From Sphagnum compactum (taxonomy: Eukaryota), in the NCBI GenBank assembly GCA_965153455.1, contig OZ234493.1, forward strand, positions 32,788,213 to 32,852,212: a stretch of DNA of 64,000 nucleotides, read 5' to 3'. Under the pieces are notes generated by a model that worked only from the letters and a program-made list of their open reading frames with translations, had not been told where the DNA came from and made no database searches. Positions 26,015 to 40,200 of this stretch are shown in pieces. The position numbers and the translations under genes were made by a program. The first letter of the stretch is position 1; each line of letters begins with the position of its first letter.

Positions 26015-26353
26015 TTTGTTGGCCTTGCCTACCAAGGCAAGAAGGATATTGTGTTTAGATTCATTATAGAGTATATAGTAGCTTAAGGGATTTTGGCCCC
26101 TAGGTAATAAATAATAATAGGTCTATTTTTATATGAGGATTAAATTTGAAATATGATATTTTTGGCTTGTGTTGAAACTTGAGATTAGTTCCAGAGTTAT
26201 AGTATCTTGAAGGATTTTGGTTTCTTTTAGAGGATTTTTTGAAGATTAATTATTTTCGCATGGTGAAATATTTGAGTTTTCATAATTCTTTTTTTGCCTC
26301 AAGATACTTTTAAATCTAAATGATAAGGCCGCAGTGTGACACACCCCTTGTTT
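26015..26353 (+). mobile_element. ~340-bp non-autonomous interspersed element, copy B
   Basis: Full-length reverse-complement homolog of 19307-19643. Starts TTTGTTGGCCTTGCCTACCAAGGCAAG and ends AAGGCCGCAGTGTGACACACCCCTTGTTT. Confidence 0.85.
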
Positions 26354-27777
26354 AATTTTGAAAAAAAAGGTGATTTTGAGGGTTTTCTATTGCCATAGTT
26401 TTATGGCATTTTTTTGCAGTAGATAGGCAACAATAGAGAAAGATGCTTATGTTCTTCTTATACTTTCGTGATTTGTGTGTAACCAAATTTGGCTAAACCT
26501 ATTTATTGTTGTTTTACCACCTTTGCTCCATCACAAAACTGTTAAAAAAGAAAAAACTGCTCTTTCAAAAGTGGTCATCAAACTCATAATTTCTAATGTT
26601 TTGAAATAACAGTTCCAGCATGATGATTGTAATAGCTCATCTAACTTTGCAAATAGTTCATTATGTTAGTTAATTTACACAATTGGAAACCCACCCCTAA
26701 AACACATCGACCTTCAGATTAGTTGTTAACAGACTAAATTTTTAGGGTTTAGGGTTTCATTAGTGAACATAACATAGAAAAATAAGATTTATTCAGTAGT
26801 AACCTTTAGTTTACTGCTGTAGATAAATGTATAGTACTATTATTTTTAGTAATAAATATAATGTAAAAGATTAGATTTATTTAGTTGGAGCAAGTGAAAC
26901 GCCAACCCGCGCCTACTTTCATGCAAGCGACTTCCATGACCTAGGCCCTAAACCTTAAACGGGGCCAGACTGACCCAGACGCCCACCAGCACACCATCCA
27001 CTGGATGATGGTTATTACTCACTTGTGGATGAACCTCAAGTGAGTTAATATTTGGTTTTATCTTGGTAATCAATTCTGTAGGAAACAGGTCTCATACATA
27101 ACCATGGCCCTCAACATTTGTCTTGACCTAGTGTTATGTATTAGTTTTGTCAATTATAGGGTTCTAATAGGTACGCTAGCCTAAAATTTCGACTAACATT
27201 CTTTTTTGTGAAATTTCACATTGTTATGAATTTATTTTTTTTAAACAGAATATTTCATCATAAGGTTCCTTGATTTTTGGAAAAAAAGTCATCAATCAAA
27301 TAGCCGTTGTGATGAAAAGTTGGGTCGGGATGAAACCCTAACTTTCTGGCACAATGCTATCAACCACCAAAGTCAGTACACAACAAAATTCTGGCAATTG
27401 ATGATAATGGGTGGAAGCATTGCCAATTATTCTTGTTTGTTTGTTTTTTGGTTGCAGGTTGTTGTGTGACAGCTTGATTTGTGGCGAGACAACGCTCAAC
27501 GTTTGATGTTTGGCTGGTTATACTCTTCATTGCAAAAAGAGTTTGGAGGTTTGCAAATTGGTTTTGGAAGACGCAAGCGATGGAACATCTATATGAAGAG
27601 TTACCAAATTCTGTGAAAAGATAGTTAAACATCAAACTCTTTTGTTTTTCTAAGATAGAATGTTGGTACATGATTGGGGATTTGAATAATTTTAGTAATG
27701 TCTTGTTCAATGCCTTGGTTTGAAGACCTGACTCCTCTTTTGGGCACATAATCTTTGCTACGCAAGTGTAAATACAA

Positions 27778-28373
27778 TTGGGTGGTACCACTAGGAACAA
27801 AAATTGGTCACATAATATTCATGGGCTCTTTTCTTTAAATGTTTTCATAATTATAAATTATTTTTTTCTCATGTTTGTTTATTGCATGTCAAAATATATG
27901 GTTTGAAGTTTTCATTACAATAAAAAAGTGGAAATTGTTATATATTTGTGTTCCTTATTGATGTGGCCTCTTTAAGAATGAAGTTCTTAAACTTTGAAAA
28001 TTCATAACTAAATTATACCTACTCAAATAATTATTCAATAAAAATATCAAATATAATATTATCTAAAGTACCTTAAATATTTATATCCACAAAAAAAGAA
28101 CCTGAAACCTTGTTTGAAAAGTGTTCATAACTAAAAAGTTCAAAAAAAAAAACCATTGTGACATTCTTGAAACTTTGTGTGAATGTAATGAATAGGAACA
28201 TCAAAATTCAAAATATTTTTTACATTGTTAAAGTTTCAAAATCTATACAACCTAGATAATGTATTCAACAAAAAAATTTATTAAAAATCTTTCTTTACAT
28301 GTTTTCTATATTTTTTCAAAGTTTGATGAGTCCTAAAAAATGAAAATGTAACATTCCTAGTGGTACCACCCAA
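27778..28373. mobile_element. MITE with perfect 20-bp TIR
   Basis: TTGGGTGGTACCACTAGGAA (27778-27797) and TTCCTAGTGGTACCACCCAA (28354-28373) enclose ~560 bp of very AT-rich sequence. Confidence 0.85.
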
Positions 28374-31324
28374 CACCCACGCATGCGCTCCAACAGAATT
28401 AAAGCAAAGGTAGAAATAGTTCATAGGGGTCATGTCGAGGAGATGATGAGAGGCTTTAAGGATTTTGAAAGCGATTTTTATGGCAAATCGTTGTGATGTT
28501 GTTGGTTTCTTTTATTTGTTGTAATGTTGTTTGACTTTGTGATTGGGGAAAGAGAGTGCCCACGTAATTGGGAGCTCCGAAATGAGACAATGTTGGAAAG
28601 AATTGTTGAGTGACATTTAGGACCTTGTTTTGTTTTTGTTTATTCCCTAAGTCAATTGTGTAGTGTTTGTTTTCTGCTTATCTCTGTGAGGATTAATAGT
28701 CATCTATTGTTGAATGGTGGCAACTATGTTATGCGTAAAAAATTCCAGAATCTACCATGATTTGTGATTAATTGAGTTATGGTGTAAGGGGTTGGTTAGT
28801 GTTGTCTGTGGGAATAAGTTCATTGGAGTTGGGATTCATGTTCAACCATAACTAAGACTGCCATAAAAAGGGACCAATTAGTAAAAGGATATATTGGAAG
28901 ACTTTGGATGAAAGAGGCATGTTGATTTTTTTGGAAAAAAGAGTTTTGAAGTTAAGTGACTTTGCTTTTTCTTTGGATTTTGATTGATGTGTGTAATTTG
29001 TGGATGAAATGAATGTTCATTAACATTTCAATGTATTGATTCTAATTTTTTCAAAAAAAATCTATTGTGCATGGAAAATCAACACATAATGCATAAATAG
29101 AATGTTAGAAATGCTTCGGAGTAAATATTCATATGGAAACAATGAAGATTATTAAAGGATTTGAAAAAGCTAGTAGGTGATGGCATTCTTTTCCTTAGGC
29201 TTAGTGCGTGAATAATTTGAAGCATTTTTCTTCATCAGAGTAGGATAAACATCGGGAGAGGCGAATATTTATTTACATAGGTGTTTTGAGTGGGTTTCAA
29301 TCTCCTTTTGGGCATCATGGGCAAGTTGGAATAATTATTACAAACCTAATAGAATACAACTTGTTGGGAACTTCAAGGGAATTTTTTTCTCTTGTCAAAA
29401 CTTTTAGGATGTTGAAAATTGGAAGGATTTTGTTATAGAATATGGGATTTGGACTTGGTGTCAATGGTGGGAGAATGTGACTAGAGGGTTTGGATTACGG
29501 AACCAAAGACTAAGATGCCATGAAGAAAACAAAGATAGATCGTGATAGTAAACCCAGAGTGATTTGATTCAACATGTGCCTATAGGATTGTATGTTTGCA
29601 CTAGTCTACCAATAATGTTTAAAGCAATTTTATATCACTAAAATAAAATTTCTAACCCAAAATTTCTTTCTTTGCAATGAGAAGCTGGGCAAATTGTGTA
29701 TTTTGTCAAATTATTATTTTTTGGTTATAATACATCTAAATAGATTTTTTAAAATCCAACTAAATGCAAATAGTTAGTATCCCATACTATAGAATGAATT
29801 TCAACGAGAAATATTGGGATTTTTAAAACTTTCAAGTTGATGAAGTTTTAAATTGACATACGTATTTTCAACTTTTGCATATTATAATCATTTAAAATAT
29901 ATCAAAATTTTAGCGTAAAAGTTGTGAGAGTGAAATTGGAATGGTCTAATCGCTGAAGACCCATAGATTAGATTATAGCTATCTAAAATAATAGCAAACT
30001 TTTAAACAGAAAATTTGTGTTGCACTTCTTATTTCCAATAACCATTGTCATGGAATTTATGTGCTTTCTTTTCATGACTGATTAACCTATTGAGTTGGGG
30101 AAATTGGGGCTCTTGTCTTTTTGTTACACCGTTTTGAATCAATTTAGCTAGATTTCTATGCCCATAGGTATTCAACTATAAAAAAGTATTAATATTTTTG
30201 TGACAAGTTTGAAGAAAAGGTTGCCATTTATTGTTAAATCTCTCTTGGGATGCTCCTAATGGTGCTACAACAAAAATTTGAAAAAGAAAAAAACAAATGG
30301 TATAAGCCCAATGTTGTGCACATAAGTATAAATGACATGTAAACAATTGTGTCATAACCTTGTAGATAAAAGTGACTTGAACACCTAAGTTCATTTATAC
30401 TAACCCCATGCATATGTTTGAATAACATTGACACTTTTGTGATACTTGTGTAAGTTACTCTCCAAACATTTACACTATCCCGTGTAAGATTTTTTTTAAC
30501 ATGTATAAAGCCTTGTATGTGAAAGAGTAACTAGTAGTGTATTTTTTTTGGTAAGAAGAAAGCATGTAGCCAATAAAAAATCATGTTATCTTCAACAACA
30601 ACAACAAAAAGTAATTTTTCAATAATGCAGAAATATTATAAACCGTGTGAACAACACTTTGGCAAAGGATGTAAAGTTTTCTTTGTCCATATTATCCAAA
30701 AGGGGCTCCATTAATAATAACATTATATGAGTCATAGGTGACATCTTGTGGTAAAGAAAAAAGGGTCTCTATTCATAGTCACAACATGTGAGTTATAGAT
30801 GACAACTTTAGACTCAAAACTTTGGGCCATAACTTACATATAAACTAGAGTGGCTGTAATGTACTTTTACAAATTATATACATTTGTTGCACCAATTTAT
30901 TGAATTTCTATCAATAGAAAAATTCTCAAAATCAATAACTCCTGCACTGTAGGCCTGAAAATTACTAAACCATGTCTTTGCACCCATACTCATCAAAAGA
31001 GTTTCAATGGTACCAACAGCACACACCCAATTACCTAAAAACATTAATTTTCAACCCTCATTGAACTTTTAGTGATGAAAATACTCAAATTCAATAACTC
31101 ATGCATTGCAGTTCTAAACATTGCAAAATCACGTTGGTGAGGCACCCCTTACATATTGAGGCCTTTCCAGGAATACCAAAAACACAAAGCCAAGGACCTT
31201 ACTGCATGACAAAACATACAAAACAAACATACTACCTTAATAGATGGACTGTGAGGTTTATGGCACAAAGTTATAATGTTAACACAATAAGCCAACAAAT
31301 AAGAGTTTTACACATGGAACTTAA

Positions 31325-31480
31325 ATTGAATCCAATTGAATTGAATTCAAACTCAACTAAATTCAATTCAACAATTGGATTACTCTACCAAATTGAATTG
31401 AATTGATTTCAAATTCAACTAAATTCAATTCAACAATCGGATTACTCTACTGAATTGAATTGAATCCGATTCAATTCAAG
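31325..31480 (+). repeat. Tandem ~65-bp duplication rich in AATTG/CAATT
   Basis: AATTGAATTGAATT..TCAACTAAATTCAATTCAACAATYGGATTACTCTAC occurs twice. Confidence 0.8.
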
Positions 31481-32704
31481 AAAAATGGGATCAAATTGAG
31501 CGACAGTATTGAAAATCTACTTGTGAATATGGTGTTGTGAAGAAAAAAAATCTGAAAAGAAACTTTTCTGTGCCTCTTTACTTGGGAATTGGCTAAACAG
31601 ATTCCAGTCTGGAACTGTCCAAGTGACTACTGCAACTTATGAAACCTGTAGTTCTATCACCTAAACCAGCTCCGATGAATCATCATAATTCAAATTATTC
31701 AAGCTAAAACTGCCTGTACAGAATCCATTTTCACAAACTCACACAAATATAGACTCCTGTGTACAAAGGGATACCACATTTCTCAAACACATTTATGGTT
31801 CCTATGCAGCTTGTGCATTCAGAACATCAACCAATAGATTGATGCAGCTGGATCTAGTCTTGCATAGTTCAGACACAATTGCTAAAATCGGACAACACTA
31901 GAGCCTACTTCTCATCACTTGCAATGACAATCTGCTTACTAGCCATTTGAGTCATAATCGTTACTCTTGTGGGCATTCTGATCTCTCTTCTGCTATGGCA
32001 ATTTTAAAGACAAGCCCAGCCAGCATGTTTAGAACTCAATAACCTTCAGGGACAGTTGCACTCTTCATGACAACTCTGAACAGCATGCAAGCGCTCTGGG
32101 AATCCCTCAACAACATGCACAGTAGTAAAACGAGCCACCATTGCCTCTTTCCCAAAGGCTTTATCAGATTCCAATAGCATGCACTAGGTCATTCTCTGAA
32201 TCTATCTTCCACACATGTAGGACTTCAGGAATTCATGAATCACTAGTTCTGTACAAAACATTCTTTCTGAGCAATGTCTCTATTAGTAAGCTAAAGGCTC
32301 AAGCTATTGAACAAGAATTGTACTGCAAATAAGAGTACACTAGATACAGCCACTTATTGCACACAATCTCAAAGATGATCAACTTAAGGACTGTATGTTG
32401 GTGCTTGAAGTAGGCAGTTGTCGACCTCATGAAGTTAATGCTCCAGAAAACTTTATGCTGCTGCAGTTCCAATCTCCATGATGAGGAAAGTGCTCCCAAA
32501 TTATGTTAGGATAATTGACAAGCCTCCAAAATGCTGCTGCAGTAACAATGAGATCAAGAATGCAAATGCTTCAATCTGCTCTCAATGCCTTGTTTCCCTT
32601 TTAGCTCAATCATGACATGCATGAGAGATGTTTTCCTTATTTGAGTTCTTACATACCTTTTTGCAAGGCAGCAGGCAGCACAATGAGATTGGCTGTATAC
32701 AGAG

Positions 32705-34577
32705 TCACTCTTGCAGGGTATGGAGTGCAGAATGGAGAGCATCTTCCAAGTACTTTTCTGCAGCTTCATACTCACGCTGTTTATCCTTAATGGCAAGCTC
32801 TGCCAGTGCCTTGTCCTGCCACACTCAATACTATTTCAGTTCTATTTCCTACATATCATGGTAGAACACACCTTGGTATTGCACTGACTGCCCTATCCTA
32901 GATGCAAATTCAAAATAGGCAATATGGCAGCAAAACTGTAGATTGCAAATGAACTGATGTATGTGAATCCCTGAAGGGTTCTCTGACCATGGAAACATTG
33001 CCCTAAAAGGACTTGCATCCCAGTTGAAACAAGGGCTACCTTGGAACAGCTGTGAAAGCACCATGCCTCTAGCTACACAGCAAAGCATCAGAAAAGAAAT
33101 TGCTTCTGTGTCCAAGAGCCGTACAGGGGGAAGGTCTTGGTAGCTGCGCAGGGTGTCAAGAATGGGCTTTGTTTTGCGCTCTAGTTCGTGACGATGCTCC
33201 ACCATAGCCATGAGAACACCATGGCTTATCTCTGGTGTGTATCCAAGTCGTCGAAGCAATGACTGTAGAAGGAGAGAAGTTCATTAAAACTCTTTTGATG
33301 ACACAAAGGAAACCTTTCCAGGGGCATCATCTACTGCAGCAACAGATTTGAATACAGGCATAACTATGAAAACTCAAAAGCAAAACCTTCCATTTCTGAA
33401 TAAAAAGAATCATAGTACTCATCTTGCATGCAATGATCTGACAAACTATGAACAATATGATTGTGAAGTAGAAAAGAAAAACAGCACCTTATAATTTGCA
33501 AGCTGCTGCAGGTATTGGCGTTCTTTGGAAGCCATCATTTTGAGGTTGGTTTGCCACTGCATCATGGGGCCCTCGTGTATTGCAACCTCCTCCTCCAGCT
33601 GAGCAAGCGCCCTTCACCCTTCCAATACTCAGGAAACAAGAGCCAAATCCAAAAAAGGGTTACAGAGTGGTGCACAGTGAAAAAGCACATTCCCTTCCTT
33701 GAAGTGGTCTACCAAAGTGCATGCTGGAGGACTCACCTTTTCAAGTAAGTGAGCCGAGCAATGGCCTTGCGTGTATTATCAAGCAGCAGTTTGGACTCCT
33801 TCTGCACTTTGGTCCTTTTCTCCTCCACATCAATTTTCTTCAGCGAAAGCTCCGTCATCGCCACAATGGCACTGCCAAGCAAGAAAGTAAGGCCCAGAAA
33901 AAAAAAACTCTCATTCCAAGCTTCATGCATTGGAGTGTCAAACAAGGTTTTGCTTGCTACCAATCATGGAAGTGCTCCAAAAGCTTCATGCATTGGAGTC
34001 AAATAAGGTTGTTTGCAAAATCAGGAGATGTTCCAGAGAGAAACACACATACCTACTGGTCTCAGTATCCTTCACATCTAACAAGTGAGCAACATTTGCA
34101 AGTGTCTGAGCTGCCATGACCCCACTTTGCGATAGATTCTCTTGTGATAGCCCTATGCACTCCAGAATCTCACGGAGCCTGGCTGCTGCAAGTGTGCCAT
34201 CATCCCCAAAAGCATTTGCATAATCAGCATTGTTGGTAAAGCCCAACAAAGAATTGAAAAAAAGAAAATGCAAGAGCAGCAAGAAGCTATCTCTGGCCTT
34301 GGCTGCGGTACTCGGCAGCTTGCTGCCGGAGATCGGTGGCAATCACATTGGCTGCATGAGTGCGATGTTGCGACAAAGTGGCAAGGCTGTGGAGGTGCGC
34401 CACAGTCGAAGGCGTATACTCAAACTCCGGCACTTCCTTCCCTACTGCTTCAAAGGCTCCTCGCAGCCATGTCTTCACCTCCCCAATGTGTGCCACATCG
34501 AAAACCCCATCGCCAGTTGCTGCTGCACCACTCCCACTCCCACTCCCACTCTCCATTGCACCAGTCACCCCTGCCAT
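32705..34577 (-). CDS. AUG1: AUGMIN subunit 1 (HAUS1), 6 coding exons
   Basis: Spliced translation: EVKTWL..FEAVGKEVPEFEYT..AAEYRSQ|AARLREILE..QTLANVAHLLDVKDTE|..VEEKRTKVQKESKLLLDNTRKAIARLTYLKR|..LGYTPEISH..TKPILDTLRSYQDLPP|DKALAELAIKDKQREYEAAEKYLED. This matches plant AUG1 throughout. Intron 1 requires a GC donor. Confidence 0.93.
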
Positions 34578-37208
34578 CTTCCTCCCCAAAAACACCGATT
34601 TAGAAACCAAGTCTCACATGCTGTTCCTCACTCGTCTTGCCTCAAACCCTAACCCTAATCCTGTTTGTTTACGACTTCACCAAGAGAGAGGGAGAGAAAG
34701 AGATACACACACACACACACACACACACACAGAGGCAGAAGAGGCACACCACAAGTCTTCAGCTTCCTTTTGCTTCTCTCAATCATGCTGCAAACACACT
34801 TGGTGTTCGAGCATAACAGTATCACTGTGGTTTCCCATTGAAGTTCCCAAAGCTTAATCAAGTTGTTGCCATTGCTGTTCCACAATGTTGCCTTTTACAT
34901 TGTGTAGGGAACACTCCCGGTGTTGTCAGGTCGCACAACATACTCCCTTGTGCGCATGTGTGTGTGTTCGTTCTGTTTGAACATGGATTTGCTTTGCATT
35001 TTGTTGTGTTTGATGATTTTTATTAAATAGTCTACATACATAGGTTAATTTAATAGGTATGTTAACCTAAGCTAGTGTGTTGGATAAATAAATAGTCAAA
35101 AAGTTATGTGTCATTTTTTTAAAAATGATTATTAATATTATAGTCATAATTATTATTAACAATAGATTATTTAATACACATACACATGCATGTGAATTCA
35201 TGATTTCAAAAACTCATAGCACACAAAAAATATGGCATGCCATGACAAATATTGGTGTCATAAATTCAAAACACACAAAAAATCATGGATTGTCATGAAA
35301 ATTTGTGACACTTTGTTACCATGCCATGTCATCATCACATGGAAACAGAATCATTATTAGTCGCAAAGGACAACAATATTTTCAATTAGCTAATTAATGA
35401 GATTAATTCATCAAATCAATGACATGAATCATTTGCTACCCCAATTGTGTTTTGTTTTGTCCCTTTGTGATAGGGTGACATGCATAAAGAAACACATATT
35501 CGATTCAAGCGTTTTTTAACAGGCAATTAAAAAAACTTGCATGAAGAGTTTATTTTATGGGCCCAAGCTTTGGTGGCCAACTTGAACTCAATCCCTCTTC
35601 CCCAACATGATCTCCCAACTCACAAACATTTGTTTTGTAGTTTAGTTCTCGGGCATGCAGAGGAATACTCTTGGGCAGTTCACGCTTTGACACTATTTTT
35701 TCCTATATCCACGTCCTCCGACATCACCTCAGTTCTCACCACATTACACCCTAAATCAGGTGGCTACTTCTCGCTTTTCCTCAAAACACAACAACACATC
35801 TTGGGTTTTACAACTGGTTAATAAAACCACTATTGTCTTTTTTTACTATAATTATAACTACAAGTTCATGTGAATGATAAAGTAGTTGTAAAAGACATTA
35901 CGGTGCCACATGGCATTATCATTTTGCAACTACAGTTGATATCATGATTTGATGATTTTTACACAAATATCAAAATTTCAACAATGTATTTTTAATTATT
36001 CAAAATTAAGTAATAACAAAATTCCATTCATTTTTGCAACTTTTGGTGAATAATAACAACTTATGGTCGTATGATGTTAACATGGCATGCCACATGCTAA
36101 CGAAGTTGATTAGTATCGCAACACCTCATGATTTTTGACACTTTATAGAATTCCCAGGGTCATCAAAGGTTTAGAGAACTTTTAATCACTTTGCATTCAT
36201 TACTTCATGAACCTGAGGTCAAGCGTCATTGCTCTCTACTAGTCATCATTTTCCTGCATGTTCCATCTTTGTCATTCTTCTCACAATTGCCTTTTTCAAA
36301 TTTTCTTCATTAACAGAAGATTTTACCATGGTCTTGTGATTGAGAATGACTAGTTGTCAAGAAGCTAAGTCCTAAGAGTTTGGAGTCTTGGATCTTTGAA
36401 CTGTTTTTACTTCCTCCAAATTCCACATCCTATGTCAATCTTGTAAGGAGAGGTCCTACCGAAAACATTGTCAATGCCCATAACATGGAGGTTGACTGCA
36501 CTACCAATTTTATTATGATTAAGAATTTATCTTGTACCTTCACCTTTGTAGGCACTGCTTTTTGTTTTCTCATGGATTTGCTTGCATATTATGTATGATT
36601 GACAATGATACATACTTATGATCACTACATGTTTTGATCACAAATCACTAGCCCTCTCGGCAAATAGGAATCTGCATTGCATTCATTTGACAAACCTATT
36701 GTTTTCCTGCATCTAAAACCAATGAGTTTTAGATGATCCTTTTGTTTTTCAGCATCCCAAAACAAAGAGTTTTAGCTATCTTTCCTGCTTCTCAAATCTT
36801 TCATTTGTTCATTTTGATCTTGTCTTCAAAGTTTTTCAGTAGGGCTGTTAGCAACTTGGTGTTGGTGTGTTTCCACGCGTTCGCCCTTCACGACAATGTT
36901 CAAGTGCACAACATGTTTCTAATCTTGATCAGAGAAATGACCATGAGCAAATGTTAATCAATCACTTTCTGAAAGTCTTTGTTGTCAAACCAGTGTTAGG
37001 TGGGACTCCCATCAAACCCAAGTTAGAAGGCTGCCACATTCTTCACTGTGTTGTTGCTTGCATACATGACAACAGTGCAAACATACCCAACTGGTGATGA
37101 AAACAGCAAGGGGCTCTTTACTTAACAGCATGTAAGAAATTGTCACCCCGTACTGTATCAGAGAAAAAACAAGTAATGATTTTTTCTTTTAGCAATTGGA
37201 TGTGACTT

Positions 37209-40200
37209 CTATAACTGAGTCTTACTGATAAAGCTGATCATACTCCGAGCTCTTTGGAACATGGTGTCCAATCGTTGCCAGGTAGTGGTTTGGTGGTGCC
37301 ATAATTTTGCTGCCTTCTCTTGCAAGAATGGTTGAGAAAGAATTGTCTCTGCATGAATCTGCAGACATTTCCACCTTAAGTCAGCTGACATTCTCTAGGT
37401 TCACCCTCAGAATTTGAAGCACCACATTCACATTTGTTCTTTGCATATAACCAACAGAGCAAGATTCCAGAGTCACCCACACATATTACCTCAAGGAAGA
37501 GCTGCATGAGTGCTTGAATGAACTCAAAGTTATTGTTGGATTTCAGCTCTGCTAATAGAAAGTCAAGCACCATGCCAATATCTTGCAATTCCTGACTCCG
37601 TGAGTCAATGTCATCATCTACAATCTCCATAACCCTAAACTCTGCATCCACTTCTGAGGGTGACATGCTCTTGATATGTACAACCAAGCTAGAGTCTGTT
37701 CATCATTTCCAGAAAAAAATTTCAGTGCCCATGCATGATGGTGTCTAAGACAAACAAGAAGGAATCTAGACATGGAGATCCAGCTGTCCCCAACCAGCAG
37801 AATCAGATGCACAAGCCACCCTGGTAAGGAAGCTTGATAGTTTACAGAAAGAATTACACTGAGCTTGAGCTTGTCGCACAACTCATACCATGACAAATTG
37901 TACCATAGCCATGTTCCCATTTAATTACAGGAAAACACAAGCTAAACATCAGAACCCCAAGAAGTTTCCTGTGATGAATTCTGAAGACAGCAAATGCTAC
38001 TGTACAAAACATAGATATATCAGTGTACCGAAGAGGTCAGAAATACGCACAATCTCCATTCTCACTGCATTCATACAGGAGATGAATGAAAAAAGTCTGG
38101 AAGTCATCACGCCCTGATCTTCTTATGTGTGACATCTCCACATTGTTGTCTGTTCCATTTCCAATATTCCCTGCTTCCTTTCCATTTGCAACTACAAATT
38201 CAGGTTTGCCTGAAAGTGATGGTAAACTGGGCAGGAAAAAAGGAGCCCTTTCTGGTTTCTTTGGTGCGCTTATAGGCTTGTTTCGGATCTGCCATCAAGA
38301 GACACAAAAAATTGTTAATGACCTTTTCTAGCAACCTCTCTGTGCAGGCCATGGAAGTCAAGCTCTTGACATTGATGTCCCACTAAGTATATCCCTCCAT
38401 GGTGGTAATGGTAAGAAGTGCAGATTTTAGTAGCATCCAATGCAGAGCTCAATATGATGGCCTACAGAATGAAGGAGTTCACAACAGCTTGGAACATTTT
38501 GTGAACATTCATGCCAGAGAAAGACCCTGGAGCAGCAGCAGCAGCTAGTTGCAAAATAGAAGATGAAGAAAGAGATGAGGACCACCTTAATTGTATCCAA
38601 ATTGATAAGGCCCTGCCATTGAGGTTTAGGGAGCATGGAAAGTGTGATCAAGTTTGGTGTGATCTGCTTGCTTTCTACTGAGATGGTCCCATCATGACTG
38701 TCATTAGCAGAGGTCATAATATCTTCAGCTGGCAACTCTGGCATTTTCTCCACCTCATCAATAATACCATCCTTTGAAGCAGAGACAGTAGGCATTGACA
38801 TGTCTCTCACAGCTTTCCCACTTCCTTGGACTACTAAGTCTGCAAACCCAGAATACAGCAATCTATTTGCCCTGTGCACAGTAAGAGAGATCTCAACAAA
38901 TTCAGCACCATACACACCAAGAGAATAAATGTATTGTGAAAAGAGTGTTGTCTGGCCCTTGTGCTCCCACACAATAGAAATACAATGATATTATATATCT
39001 CTGAGATTGCAGAGAAAAACTCCAGGGAACACTTTGAGGGTAACCCAACAATAGGTGCAGTCATAACCTTATGAGAAATGCTCACAAAGTGTCAGACCAT
39101 TACCTTCATCATGAATAGCAGTGATGGGTTGCCACAACTTCCCACTTAGTGTGGTATGTCTGAATAAGGCCTCAAGACAGGGCTGTCTCAGCAGTGCCAG
39201 GGTAGTTATTCAAGAAAGTTACTCACCATGTATAGATGCCATTGCAGTTCACATGTGAGGTGGCCAGCATGTCCATGCCTGGTGAAAGTGAGAGAGCTGT
39301 CACAGCTGTGCCCACATGCATGGCATCGATCTGCTTGGCGGCAACAACATCCCACACACGCACAGTGGCATCCATAGCTGCTGACAGTAGCAACTTGCCA
39401 TCTTCACTGAAGCACAAATCAGTGACACGATCCGTGTGACCCTCAAAAATTCGCACAAGACGTGCAGCCACAATGTCATATAGTCGTAACAACCTGTCAT
39501 CTGAAGCAACTGCTACAAGGCCTACATAAAGAGATCAGGAATATCAGCACTTGTAAGTGGGGGACAGTTTGCAAGAAACAATCTCCAAATGAACTTAAAT
39601 GCCTTTCAAAACAACAACTGTACAGCATCCATGTACAAAAGTTGCTATCAGGTTGCATTGGCTCAGGGAGCAATTCCCCAGATATATGATGAGAGGAAAG
39701 CTGACAAACCATTTCCTCGGTGTGTCACCATCTTCAGCACTGGAGATCCAACAGATACTATGGACTTGAGTTCACGTCCTTTAAAGCTCCAAACCTGCAT
39801 GAATGTATACAACCATTTCAATGCAGTTGCATTAACAACAAGAACCCTGCATAACTTCATAGTACCAAGTCATGAGAGGCATATAGCAATATAGCACAGA
39901 TGGCAATAAGTGACATAGCACCTTGCTTTCTTCACTAAAAGCACTCTTTCTTCCAATGCTCACAGACAATGTGATAGATTAAGACAACAGGAGACCTTGA
40001 TGAATCCATCATAGCCACCGCTTGTGAGCAATGAGTTGGTTGCATCAGAAGTCAGTCCAAGGACAGGCCCATTATGCCCACGCAATTCTCCAACTGCAGG
40101 ATCTTCAAATGTGCCTCTCCTTATCCCTGACTGCAAATTGAAACATTCGATCCACCCTGCTTCTGTTCCCAAAACTGCAAAAGTGCCACATGCACTAATT

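Noticed and set aside
26741..26757. TTTAGGG repeats as an interstitial telomere
   Set aside because: Only about two units are present; such short matches are common and occur elsewhere in the window.
27661..27693. WYMIGDLNN resembling the GDFN motif of a LINE endonuclease
   Set aside because: It is a single short motif, and I could not read supporting endonuclease or RT motifs in the degraded flanks. A BLASTX would be needed.
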